DNA of 30,657 nt from a virus (IMGVR_UViG_3300044711_000051:1-30657), one strand, 5' to 3'; numbered from the stretch's first letter, positions 1 to 9,204 are shown. Program-made: numbers and translations. Notes: a model not told the origin generated them from the letters alone.

Positions 1-15
1 CCGTTTCGCGGGTGA

Positions 16-96
16 CAGTAACGCCATGCACCCATCGTGCCGTCCCGTTATGTAACGGACAACCGGAGGACGCCGTTACGTGGTTCTCAGTAACGC
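16..96. repeat. Cluster of GTAACG/CGTTAC motifs at the left genome end; possible terminase (cosB-like) binding sites
   Basis: CAGTAACGC at 16-24 and 88-96; inverted pair CCGTTA(45-50)/TAACGG(53-58); CCGTTAC at 73-79; all immediately upstream of the terminase. Confidence 0.4.
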
Positions 97-298
97 TGAA
101 CGACAGGCTCGCTACCGCGAACGGCACAAGGCGAACCCTGACCCAAAAGCCGGGGGCGATCTGGCCGCAGCCCTGCGGAGGATCGCGGAGCTGGAGGCGG
201 AGATAGCCCGCTTGTCGTCCCAGCCTTCGTTCGCGCAGTTCCGTCCAGCGCCGAAGCCTTCACGGTCAAGCACTTCAAGGAGTGGGCGCGCAACCTAG
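80..298 (+). CDS. Small basic/coiled-coil protein, candidate terminase small subunit
   Basis: GGAGG at 65-69 before GTG; SNAERQARYRER basic helix and coiled coil LRRIAELEAEIARL; position before TerL. Confidence 0.55.
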   Translation: MVLSNAERQARYRERHKANPDPKAGGDLAAALRRIAELEAEIARLSSQPSFAQFRPAPKPSRSSTSRSGRAT

Positions 299-369
299 AG
301 CTCGACAACGGCAACCAGTGGGAGGTCGAGGACTTCCAGGCGGCGTTCCTCGAGGACCTGTTCTCGGGC

Positions 370-1653
370 GTGCCCGAAGTCTGGCTCATCATCCCCGAGG
401 GGAACGCCAAGACGACCCTGTTCGCCGGCCTCGCCCTGTACCACATCGAGTTCCGGCGGTTCGGATCGGTCCCCGTGGCCGCATCGAGCCGTGACCAGGT
501 CGGCATCATGTACGACCAGGCGGACGGGTTCATCACCCGCTCGGGGCTGCGTGGGTTCAAGCTCCACCCCGGCTACCGGCGCATCCGCCACGAGGAGTCC
601 GGCGGGCGCATCCAGGTCATGGCCGCCGACGACCGGACCGGTGACGGCACCATCCCGACCCTCGCGCTGCTCGACGAGCTGCACCGCCACAACGACCTCC
701 GCCTGTACCGGACGTGGCGCGGCAAGCTCATCAAGCGCGGCGGGCAGATCGGGGCCATCTCGACCCGTGGGGAGCCGGGGTCGGAGTTCGAGTCGACCCT
801 CCTGCGCATCCGCGACCAGGCTACGGACGTGTCGGTGAATGGCTCGTTCACCCGTGCGGCCTCGGCCCACCTCGTCCTCCACGAATGGGCCGTCCCACCG
901 GCCGCGGACGCCGATGACGTGGCCGTCGTGAAGGCGGCGAACCCGTTGAAGGCCATGACCGTCGAGGCGCTGGCCGAGAAGTTCGCCTCGCCGACCATGA
1001 CGAGGCACCACTGGCTCCGATTCGCGTGCAATCGGCCCACCCGAGACGACGATTCGTGGCTGGGACCCGATGGCGAGCTCATCTGGCGCGACCTGGAGGC
1101 CAAGTACGCCTTCGTGCCGGGCGCTCCGACGTGGGCGGGCGTCGATGTGGGCCTGAAACGCGACTCGACGGGCGTCGTGGCCGTCCAGCAGGACGAAAAC
1201 GGGCACTTCCACGCCCGATTGCGGGTCTGGACGCCCACCAAGGACGAGCCGGTCGACATCACGGACGTCATGAAGCACATCCGCGACCTCGACAAGGAGT
1301 ACGACCTCAAGGAGGTCTCCTTCGACCCCCGTTTCTTCGACGTCGCGGCCACGATGCTCGGCGACGAGGGCCTGCCGATGGTCGAAGTGCCCCAATCCGT
1401 CGAGCGGATGACCGTCATCTGCGGCACAGCGCTCGAGCTCATCAAGCGCGGCGAGCTGCACCACGACGGCGACCCGCAACTCGCCAACCACGTCCTCAAC
1501 GCCGTCCCGCGCTTCAACGAGCGGGGCTTCACCCTCCAGAAGTCCAAGTCGCGCGGGCGCATCGACGGCTGCATCGCCCTGGTCCTCGCCGTCGACAGGT
1601 GCATCCGCCCGGAGGTCGAACCCATGAGAGAGTTCGTCAGCGCATGGGCTTGA
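370..1653 (+). CDS. terL: Terminase large subunit (coding frame probably extends upstream to about 259)
   Basis: Walker A-like IPEGNAKTT, Walker B LALLDELH, motif III ISTRG, RNase H-like nuclease GVDVGLKRDST...RIDG. Confidence 0.95.
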   Translation: MPEVWLIIPEGNAKTTLFAGLALYHIEFRRFGSVPVAASSRDQVGIMYDQADGFITRSGLRGFKLHPGYRRIRHEESGGRIQVMAADDRTGDGTIPTLALLDELHRHNDLRLYRTWRGKLIKRGGQIGAISTRGEPGSEFESTLLRIRDQATDVSVNGSFTRAASAHLVLHEWAVPPAADADDVAVVKAANPLKAMTVEALAEKFASPTMTRHHWLRFACNRPTRDDDSWLGPDGELIWRDLEAKYAFVPGAPTWAGVDVGLKRDSTGVVAVQQDENGHFHARLRVWTPTKDEPVDITDVMKHIRDLDKEYDLKEVSFDPRFFDVAATMLGDEGLPMVEVPQSVERMTVICGTALELIKRGELHHDGDPQLANHVLNAVPRFNERGFTLQKSKSRGRIDGCIALVLAVDRCIRPEVEPMREFVSAWA

Positions 1654-3278
1654 CCGACCGGATCAAGACCCTGCTCCTGCCGCAGCGCGAGGTGTGGCCG
1701 ACCCTGACGTGGCAGCAGTACGCCGAGATCGTCAACTTCGGCGGCAACACGTACCTCACGGGCGGTCTTCAGCAGACCATCCGCGGCCACGCCGAGGAGA
1801 TCGGGTCGGGCTTCGACTCCCTCGTCACGGCAACGTTCCAGTCCAACGCGGTGGTGTTCGCCTGCGAGCTGGCCCGCATCCAGCTCTTCAGCGAGGCCCG
1901 CTTCCAGTTCCAGCGGATGCGCAACGGGCGGCCGGGAGAGCTGTTCGGCAGCGACGCCTTGAGCATCCTCGAGCACCCGTGGCCGACCGCCATCACCGGC
2001 GACCTCCTCACCCGAGCCCTGCTCGACGCGGACTTCGGGGGCACGGCCTTCAACGCCCGGCGGAGGAATACCATCCGCCGCCTGCGCCCCGACTGGGTGT
2101 CCATGATCCTCGGCTCCGAGCGGGACCCGGAGGTGCAGGGCGGCGACATCGACGCCGACGTGCTCGGCGTCCTCTACTACCCCGGCGGCAAGAACTCCGG
2201 GCGGAAGCCCGAGGTGCTGCTCCGCAACGAGATCAGCATCTTCGCCCCCATCCCCGACCCGCTGGCGTCGTTCCGGGGGATGCCGTGGGTGGTGCCGGTC
2301 CTGTCCGAGATCATCGCGGACAAGCAGATGACCTCGCACAAGTCCGCCTACCTCGTCAACGGCGCCACCCCGAACCTGACCGTCGCCATCGACAAGGACC
2401 TCAAGGAGGCCGCCAACCCCGCCGCCTTCGCGGAGTGGGTGGCGGCGTTCAAGAAGACCAACGAAGCGGCCGGGCAGTGGGAGAAGTACAAGACGTGGTA
2501 CCTCGCCGGCGGCACCACGGTGACGAAGGTCGGCTCCGAACTCGGGCAGGCCGGGGTCGACTTCAAGCAGGTGCAGGGCGCGGGCGAGACCCGCATCGCC
2601 GCCGCAGCGGGTGTCCCCCCGGTCATCGTCGGCCTCAGCGAGGGCTTGCAGGCCGCGACGTACTCCAACTACGGGCAGGCCCGCCGCCGCTTCGCGGACA
2701 ACACCATGCGCCCGCTGTGGCGGAACATGGCCGGATCGCTCGAGACGCTCGTCCCGCCGCCCTCGGGTAGCAGGCTTTGGTACGACGACCGCGACATCCA
2801 GGCTTTGGCCGAGGACAAGAAGGACCTCGCCGAGGTCCGCAACCTGGAGTCGCAGCAGATCCGCACCCTGACTGACGCGGGCTTCACCCCCGAGTCCGTC
2901 GTCGAGGCCGTGACCAACGGCGACTTCTCCCGGCTGTCCCATACCAACCTCTTCTCGGTCCAGCTCCAGCCCCCCATGCCGGATGGTCCGCCCAAGCCCG
3001 AGACCCCGGTGCAGATCCCGGCGACCGTCCCCAAGCGCGAGGAGATGCTCTTCGCCCTCGCCCGCGCCATCGCCGACCGCCCGGTCAGCGTCACCATCGA
3101 CTCGCCCATCACCGTCGAGCCGACGAACGTCACGGTCGAGCCGACCTCGGTCACCGTCAGTCCTCCTTCGGTGACCATCGAGCGGGCCGAGCTGATGCCG
3201 CCGCCGGTCCCGATGCGCAGCGTCATCGACCGCGATGAGGAAGGCCGGATCACGGGGGACCACGAGGAGCCGCTGTGA
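1644..3278 (+). CDS. Portal protein (HK97-like) with Pro/Val/Thr-rich C-terminal extension
   Basis: True start ATG 1644 (MGLTDRIK) overlapping terL; motifs NAVVFAC, DPLASFRGMP, RIAAAAGVPP, ATYSNY. Confidence 0.93.
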   Translation: MGLTDRIKTLLLPQREVWPTLTWQQYAEIVNFGGNTYLTGGLQQTIRGHAEEIGSGFDSLVTATFQSNAVVFACELARIQLFSEARFQFQRMRNGRPGELFGSDALSILEHPWPTAITGDLLTRALLDADFGGTAFNARRRNTIRRLRPDWVSMILGSERDPEVQGGDIDADVLGVLYYPGGKNSGRKPEVLLRNEISIFAPIPDPLASFRGMPWVVPVLSEIIADKQMTSHKSAYLVNGATPNLTVAIDKDLKEAANPAAFAEWVAAFKKTNEAAGQWEKYKTWYLAGGTTVTKVGSELGQAGVDFKQVQGAGETRIAAAAGVPPVIVGLSEGLQAATYSNYGQARRRFADNTMRPLWRNMAGSLETLVPPPSGSRLWYDDRDIQALAEDKKDLAEVRNLESQQIRTLTDAGFTPESVVEAVTNGDFSRLSHTNLFSVQLQPPMPDGPPKPETPVQIPATVPKREEMLFALARAIADRPVSVTIDSPITVEPTNVTVEPTSVTVSPPSVTIERAELMPPPVPMRSVIDRDEEGRITGDHEEPL

Positions 3279-4447
3279 AGCCCGAGACGCTGGCACTCGC
3301 CGCCGTCGAGGAGGTCCTGCGCCAGAACCCCGACCATCTCCGGGGTCCGAAGGGCGAGCAGGGCGACAAGGGGGACCAGGGCGACGAGGGCATCCGCGGC
3401 CCGCAGGGCGACTTCGTCCGGGGCGACCCCGGTCCCGAGGGACCGCCCGGCCCGAAGGGTCCGAAGGGCCTCAACTGGCGCGGCCCGTGGAAGAGCCAGA
3501 AGTACGCGGCCGACGACGCCGTGGAATACCTCGGCTCATCGTGGGTCGCCACGAAGGCCACCCGCTCCCGTCCGCCGGGTGGCGGCTGGGACCTCCTCGC
3601 CCAGCGCGGCTTCGACGGCATGGACCGGGGAGGCGGGGGTTCGGGAACCGGGACAGGTTCCGCCCTCACCGTCAAGGACGAGGGATCGAGCCTTGACACC
3701 GCGGTCACGTCCATCGACTTCGCGGGCGATGGTGTCACGGCGACGAACGTCGGCCACGCCATCACCGTCTCCATCGCGGGCGGCACGCAGAACATCTACG
3801 TGCAGGCCTCAGACCCCGGAGCCGTGGGCGCGGGCAAGCTGTGGATCGATACCACGACCCCCGGACCACCGTGGCACGTGCTCGTCCGCGACGGGGACGA
3901 CCTGACCTGGCTGGACCTGCTCTATCAGTACACCTCGGCCAGCAGCATCCAGCTCATCGCCAGCGCGGGTGCTGCGATACAGGTCGCGGACAACTTCGTC
4001 CTGACATCCGCCGGAGCTGATGGTTCGGGCGCCAGCGCCAATCTCGGGGCCGGGGATGGGGCCAACGCCGGGTCGGTCGAGTTCTTCTCGGGTCAGACCA
4101 CGAATGGCTACACCCAGGCCCGCCTCTCGGTCTACGGCGGTTCCGATGATGACTTGGCGTCGGCTTCCGCCGAACTGGTCGCCGGCAACGCGGCCCCCGC
4201 CTCCGACGCGGACGGCGGCTACATCAACATCACCGCCGGTACCGGAGACGGCGCAGGAGCCCCCGGCTACGTGACCATGACCTCGTCCGGGCAGACCTTC
4301 GAGTTCCTCGGTGGCACGGCCGACCCCTCCGCAGGCGCTGGCGTCGAGGGTCCCCTCCTCTCCACCTACCGCCGCGACAACGCCGGGACCGGCGAGCTCT
4401 GGTTCAAGGTCGGCGCCGCCGATACCGACTGGTCACAGGTGGTCTGA
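3275..4447 (+). CDS. Collagen-like fibre protein with a carbohydrate-binding-like module
   Basis: Gly-X-Y run GPKGEQGDKGDQGDEG...GPPGPKGPKG, then WRGPW..KY..DDAVEYLGSSW; Gly/Ala/Asp-rich remainder. Confidence 0.75.
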   Translation: MKPETLALAAVEEVLRQNPDHLRGPKGEQGDKGDQGDEGIRGPQGDFVRGDPGPEGPPGPKGPKGLNWRGPWKSQKYAADDAVEYLGSSWVATKATRSRPPGGGWDLLAQRGFDGMDRGGGGSGTGTGSALTVKDEGSSLDTAVTSIDFAGDGVTATNVGHAITVSIAGGTQNIYVQASDPGAVGAGKLWIDTTTPGPPWHVLVRDGDDLTWLDLLYQYTSASSIQLIASAGAAIQVADNFVLTSAGADGSGASANLGAGDGANAGSVEFFSGQTTNGYTQARLSVYGGSDDDLASASAELVAGNAAPASDADGGYINITAGTGDGAGAPGYVTMTSSGQTFEFLGGTADPSAGAGVEGPLLSTYRRDNAGTGELWFKVGAADTDWSQVV

Positions 4448-5409
4448 TGCCGAACGTCTACTCAGCGTCGACCGGCCCGCGGGTCGCGCTCTCGGCGGTC
4501 CTCTCGACCAAGCCCGGCGTGGCGGTCGCGGCGTCGAACTCGACCTACAGCAGCGGCACGGTCGTCCTGTCGGGAAACGGCAACATGACCGTCAGCTACA
4601 ACGCCGGGACGGTGCTCCTCTCGGCGGGCGTAGGCGCCGGGGGCGGTGTCGCGATCGCCAACGGTGCCGCGACCATCACGTCCGGAACGGCCGTCTTCTC
4701 GAACTCCAACGGCGTGACCTTCGGCCTCAACGGGCAGACCGTCACGGCATCCGCCGGCTACCGGGTGTCCAGCTACACCCACAACAGCTTGGCCTTCCTC
4801 GCCAACGCGTTCTCGGTCATCGGCGCGGCTTCGGCGTCCATTGTCCACGTCCCGATCCCGCAGGAGGTCAGCTTCTCCCGGCTCGACGTGCATGTCTCGT
4901 TCCAGACAGCCTCGAGCGCGACCGCCGCTACTGCCGCCGTCGCCTTCTCCAACGTCGCGGTCATCTACACCCGCAACGGGTCGACGCTCAACCCCATCGT
5001 CGGGGCATCGAACACCATCACCGTCTCGTGGGTCAGCAACACGGGCATCGCGTCGAGCGCGACAGGCCCCCGGCTGCTGTCCTTCGGCCTTGCGACCGCC
5101 CTGACGCCGGGCAACTACTGGGTCGGCGTCCACATCTCCACGACGTCGGGCATCAGCTCGGGCGCCGCGACGACCGCGCTCAACGGGAGCCTGTCCATCA
5201 TCTTCCCGTCCATCGTCGGGACGTGGACCGGCACCAACTGGGGCGACTTCAACGGCACCACGCACTCGTCGTCCAGCCCGCTCCTGTACCTGCAAGGGCT
5301 CATCTCCTCGGCCCTCACCGCCACGGGTCAGACGCTCCAGGCGAGCCAGATCACGCAGTCGGGAACATTCGTGCCGCGCGCCGGCCTCGTCATCGGGTTG
5401 AAGGGATGA
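4447..5409 (+). CDS. Ser/Thr/Gly-rich beta protein, putative virion fibre or decoration protein
   Basis: 320 aa, translationally coupled, very few acidic residues, beta-strand-like repeats. Confidence 0.6.
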   Translation: MPNVYSASTGPRVALSAVLSTKPGVAVAASNSTYSSGTVVLSGNGNMTVSYNAGTVLLSAGVGAGGGVAIANGAATITSGTAVFSNSNGVTFGLNGQTVTASAGYRVSSYTHNSLAFLANAFSVIGAASASIVHVPIPQEVSFSRLDVHVSFQTASSATAATAAVAFSNVAVIYTRNGSTLNPIVGASNTITVSWVSNTGIASSATGPRLLSFGLATALTPGNYWVGVHISTTSGISSGAATTALNGSLSIIFPSIVGTWTGTNWGDFNGTTHSSSSPLLYLQGLISSALTATGQTLQASQITQSGTFVPRAGLVIGLKG

Positions 5410-6113
5410 CCGAACCACAGCTCATCGTCGGCGGCTACGAGGGCTGGCATAACGAGCACGCGCTCGAAGGCCGGAAGCGGCTGCGGACAGGCAAGGGCTA
5501 CCGGGACCTCTCGACCATCATCGTCGTCCCGACGCGCGGGATGATCCCGGCCCGCGCGGTCGAGAACTGGATGGGCCTCCAGACCCCGATGAACCAGAAG
5601 GCCATCCGCATCTTCGTCTCGGGGATGGAGGTCGGGGACGCCTACAACAAGGCCATCGAGACCATCCTCGCCCACCCCGACCTCTCGACGTGGAAGTACG
5701 TGCTGACCCTGGAGGAGGACAACCTCCCGCCGGGGGACGGGCTGCTCAGGCTCTACGAGCATATCGACGACTACGCAGCCGTGGGTGGCCTGTACTGGAC
5801 CAAGGGCGAGGGCGGTCAGCCGATGATCTACGGCGACCCCCAAGGGGTCCTGAACTTCCGCCCGCAGGTGCCCAAGGCCGACGCGCTCCAGGAGTGCAAC
5901 GGGCTGGGCATGGGCTTCACCCTCTTCCGCCTCGACGTGTTCCGCGATCCGAACATCCCGAAGCCATGGTTCCGCACGCTCCAGGAGAGCGGGAGGTCCT
6001 ACACGCAGGACCTCTACTTCTTCGAGAACGCCCGCAAGGCCGGCTACAAGGTCGCCTCGGACAACCGGGTCAGGGTGGGACACCTCGACCCGGCATCAGG
6101 GAGGGTCTGGTAG
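5406..6113 (+). CDS. Glycosyltransferase (GT-A/GT2-like)
   Basis: ATGA overlap start MTEPQ; IIVVPTRG, YVLTLEEDN (DxD variant), GLGMGFTLFR, TQDLYFF, VRVGH. Confidence 0.8.
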   Translation: MTEPQLIVGGYEGWHNEHALEGRKRLRTGKGYRDLSTIIVVPTRGMIPARAVENWMGLQTPMNQKAIRIFVSGMEVGDAYNKAIETILAHPDLSTWKYVLTLEEDNLPPGDGLLRLYEHIDDYAAVGGLYWTKGEGGQPMIYGDPQGVLNFRPQVPKADALQECNGLGMGFTLFRLDVFRDPNIPKPWFRTLQESGRSYTQDLYFFENARKAGYKVASDNRVRVGHLDPASGRVW

Positions 6114-6682
6114 TGGAAGCGGCGCTCAAGCTGGTCCAGAGCGAGTACGCCCCGAAGAAGCTCGACATCGCCTGCGGCAACCGGGTCACCCCCGGCTACA
6201 CGGGCATCGACATCGCGGCCGACGCCGACATCGCGTGGGACCTCTGGCAGTTCCCGTGGCCGATCAAGACCGGCTCCGTGCGGGAAGTCCAGATCAACCA
6301 CTGGCTGGAGCACATCCCCCACTACCGTCCCGAGTGGGGCGCCCGCGACGGCTGGTTCCTCTTCTGGGAGGAGGTCCACCGCATCACCCGCAAGGGCGCG
6401 CTCATCCACATCGTCAGCCCGCACTCGCGCAACGACCGCGCCTTCTGGGATCCGACCCACGTCCGCTTCCTCCAGCCGGTGAACTTCTACTACATCAACC
6501 AGGAGTGGCTGGAGACGAACCTGCTCTCGCACTACACCACCTGCGACTTCGACGTGGTGGTCATGTCGTACCAGGGCGAGGCCGATGACATCGCCGCTCG
6601 TGCCGACGAGGCCAAGGCCTACGCCCACGCCCACTACTGGAACTCCCTCGGCGATCTCGTCGTCGAGCTGAAGCGCCGCTGA
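6113..6682 (+). CDS. SAM-dependent methyltransferase (class I)
   Basis: GTG overlapping the upstream stop; LDIACG motif I, GIDI, HWLEH, EEVHRITRKGA, WDPTH. Confidence 0.85.
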   Translation: MEAALKLVQSEYAPKKLDIACGNRVTPGYTGIDIAADADIAWDLWQFPWPIKTGSVREVQINHWLEHIPHYRPEWGARDGWFLFWEEVHRITRKGALIHIVSPHSRNDRAFWDPTHVRFLQPVNFYYINQEWLETNLLSHYTTCDFDVVVMSYQGEADDIAARADEAKAYAHAHYWNSLGDLVVELKRR

Positions 6683-6694
6683 CCGGAGGACGTC

Positions 6695-8941
6695 ATGTCC
6701 GATACCCGACCACCCCGCGACAACCTCGTCCGCGCCCTCGCGGGGGGCGTGTCCCTGGAAGACGACGGCAAGACCATCTTCGGGCGCATCGCCCCTGCCA
6801 ACGAGTGGAGCGAGATCAACTCGTCGGTCGAGGGCCACTTCATGGAGCGCAACGCGCCGGGCTCGTTCAAGAAGACCTTCTCCGAGCACCTGCCGAAGAT
6901 GCTCTTCAACCACGGCAAGGACACGCTTGGAAAGCAGGTCATCGCCGCGACCAGCGAGGTCGGCGAGGACGAGCAGGGCGGCTTCTATCGGGGCACCCTC
7001 CTCGACGGCATCCCGGAACTCATCCTGTCGGGTCTGAAGGCTGGCGTCTACGGCTCGTCGCACACCTTCTCGGTCGTCCGAGAGAGCTGGAACGACCGCC
7101 CCAAGCCCTCGGACTACAACCCCAAGGGCCTGCCGGAGCGGACCATCCTCGAGTCCCGCGTGCCTGAGCTCGGCCCGGTCACTTGGCCGCAGTTCGCCGG
7201 CGCCTTCGCGGGCGTCCGCTCGATGACCGACGAGTACGTCTTCACCAACCTCACCAGCGACCCCGAGCGGGTCGTCGCCCTCATCGATTCCATGCGGGAG
7301 AGCGCACCTCCTGACGACGGCGCCGGGCCTGAGCCCACCCCGTCCGAGGACGCCGCGCCACCCGAGGAACCGCCGCCCAGCGAGGCGCCAGCAGAAACCC
7401 CCGAAGACCCGCCGAGAGGCGGGTCTCCTGATTCAACGGAGGAACGATCCGTGGAGTACACCACCCGCGAGGACAAGGCGTCCCGCGTCAAGGAGCTCGA
7501 GGCCGTCATCAAGCGGACCTCCGAGGAGTACACCGGCAAGCTGCCGGATGACGTGCAGAAGACCTACGACGCCGACAAGGCGGAACGGGCGTCGTTGCTC
7601 GAGGACATCGCCGCCTACGACGAGCGCGCCGCGTTCGTCGGCTCGCTCGGCAAGGACGAGACCCGGACGGAGCGGACCTTCGAGGCCCCGGCCGTCCATC
7701 GCGTCAAGTCGGTCGAGGACATCTACGACATCGCCGCCATCGACCAGTCGGGCCGCTCGCAGGAGCAGCGCGTCCAGGCGATCCGCGACAACGCCATGCG
7801 CTCCATCGACACCTCGTACCTGCCCAAGGACGCGGACCTCGACAGCCTGTCGCGCTTCCTCGAGCGGGAGACCGAGGACCAGGAGGAGGAGAGCGGTCGC
7901 ATCCACCAGGAAGCGACCCGGCGCATCCTGCTCACCGGATCCCCGCAGTACAAGCGGGCGTTCGCCAAGTACCTGCGCTGGGGCAACCGCGACTCGTGGA
8001 CGCAGGAGGAGGCCCGCGCCGCGGCCCTCGCCGTCACCGGCACGACCACGACCGGCGGCTACGCCGTGCCGTACATCTTCGATCCCACGTTCGTGCGCAT
8101 CGGCGCGCACACGTCCGTGAACCCGTACCGCGCCGCGTGCCGCGTCGAGACCATCTCGGGCGGCAACAACTGGCGTGCCGTCACCGCCACGGCCATCACG
8201 GCCAAGTGGGACACGGAAGCCGCCGTCTCCGTCGAGGGTGGGCCGACCATCGGCCAGCCGACCTTCACGGTCCAGCGCGCCGACGCGTTCGTGACGGTCT
8301 CGATCGAGACGCTCCAGGACCGCCCCGACATCACCGACGAGCTGACCGGCCTGTTCGGCGAGGCGAAGGACAACCTCGAGGAGAACTCCTTCACCCTCGG
8401 CACCGGCGCCACGGTCTACCCCTTCGGCATGTTCCGGACCCTCGCCTTCACGGCGAAGGCCACGGCCACCTCCGACGTGACGGTCCTGCTGGACCTGATC
8501 GCGGTCGAGGGCGACCTGCCCCTGCGCCACCGCCGCAACGCGGCGTGGTTCTTCTCCCGCTCGACCCAGCGGCAGCTCGAGCTGCTCGACACCACGGGCT
8601 ACTACTTCAAGCGGCCCGGCCAGTTCTTCGCGATGGGCAAGAGCGAGCTCGTCGACTCGCCCACCGGCAACACCGGCACGCAGCTCCTCGGCTATCCCGT
8701 CTGGGAAGTCCCGAGCGCCGTCTCCACCCTGACCACCGACGCCGCGCAGATCGCGGTCTTCGGCGATCCCAAGAACTACGTCATCGTCGATCGCATCGGC
8801 ATGAACGTGGAAGTGGTCCCGACGATGCTCAACGGGGCGACGCCGTCGTTCCCGACCGGCCAGCGCGGGATCTACTGCTACTGGCGCAGCACCGCTCGTC
8901 CGCTCAACGTGGACGGGATGCGCCAGCTCGTCGTCGCCTAG
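6695..8941 (+). CDS. HK97-type prohead protease / major capsid protein fusion
   Basis: N-terminal protease (FMER..PGSFKKT, LFNHG, GSSHTF, ELGPVTWPQF), acidic Pro linker, coiled coil, then capsid motifs GGYAVP, LLGYPV, FGDPKNYVIVDRIGM. Confidence 0.95.
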   Translation: MSDTRPPRDNLVRALAGGVSLEDDGKTIFGRIAPANEWSEINSSVEGHFMERNAPGSFKKTFSEHLPKMLFNHGKDTLGKQVIAATSEVGEDEQGGFYRGTLLDGIPELILSGLKAGVYGSSHTFSVVRESWNDRPKPSDYNPKGLPERTILESRVPELGPVTWPQFAGAFAGVRSMTDEYVFTNLTSDPERVVALIDSMRESAPPDDGAGPEPTPSEDAAPPEEPPPSEAPAETPEDPPRGGSPDSTEERSVEYTTREDKASRVKELEAVIKRTSEEYTGKLPDDVQKTYDADKAERASLLEDIAAYDERAAFVGSLGKDETRTERTFEAPAVHRVKSVEDIYDIAAIDQSGRSQEQRVQAIRDNAMRSIDTSYLPKDADLDSLSRFLERETEDQEEESGRIHQEATRRILLTGSPQYKRAFAKYLRWGNRDSWTQEEARAAALAVTGTTTTGGYAVPYIFDPTFVRIGAHTSVNPYRAACRVETISGGNNWRAVTATAITAKWDTEAAVSVEGGPTIGQPTFTVQRADAFVTVSIETLQDRPDITDELTGLFGEAKDNLEENSFTLGTGATVYPFGMFRTLAFTAKATATSDVTVLLDLIAVEGDLPLRHRRNAAWFFSRSTQRQLELLDTTGYYFKRPGQFFAMGKSELVDSPTGNTGTQLLGYPVWEVPSAVSTLTTDAAQIAVFGDPKNYVIVDRIGMNVEVVPTMLNGATPSFPTGQRGIYCYWRSTARPLNVDGMRQLVVA
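7405..7453 (+). promoter_or_regulatory. Hairpin plus internal RBS and in-frame GTG start for a capsid-only product
   Basis: AGACCCGCC-GAGA-GGCGGGTCT (7405-7426), GGAGG (7438-7442), in-frame GTG at 7451. Confidence 0.65.
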
Positions 8942-8950
8942 TCAATCCGC

Positions 8951-8976
8951 GCGGGAGGGCCTTCGGGTCCTCCCGC
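8951..8976 (+). terminator. Stem-loop after the capsid gene (attenuator or mRNA stabiliser)
   Basis: GCGGGAGGGCC-TTCG-GGTCCTCCCGC, cUUCGg loop; no U tract. Confidence 0.6.
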
Positions 8977-8996
8977 ACCCTGCCCGGAGGTCACCG

Positions 8997-9203
8997 ATGG
9001 CACCAGCCAAGTCAGACATCGTCGTCGCGCTCACCTCCGGGTACTACGGAGTGAACGGCGAGGAGGTCGTCGTCCACGCGGGTCAGCACTTCCGGACCAG
9101 CGACCCGGTGGTCAAGAAGTTCCCCGCCCACTTCACCCCGCTGCTCGTCGGGGACGAGCGCGTCGAACAGGCCACGGCCGAGCCCGGCCAGAAGCGAGGC
9201 TGA
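8997..9203 (+). CDS. Small capsid-adjacent protein
   Basis: GGAGGT RBS; C-terminal VEQATAEPGQKR, a motif I recall in post-capsid genes of high-GC phages. Confidence 0.75.
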   Translation: MAPAKSDIVVALTSGYYGVNGEEVVVHAGQHFRTSDPVVKKFPAHFTPLLVGDERVEQATAEPGQKRG

Positions 9204-9204
9204 C

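Noticed and set aside
573-3296. 907-aa minus-strand ORF and the other long antisense or alternate-frame ORFs
   Set aside because: High-GC shadow ORFs over clear structural genes, with Arg/Gly/Pro-rich motif-free translations
4311-5405. 600-aa glycosyltransferase as in the ORF track (likewise the long N-termini of the 1026, 5690 and 27472 ORFs)
   Set aside because: The upstream parts overlap real genes in another frame; the true starts are at coupled codons 5406, 1644, 6113 and 28402
6113-6682. DNA methyltransferase or restriction-modification system
   Set aside because: No DPPY/NPPY or PC catalytic motif; resembles small-molecule or glycan methyltransferases
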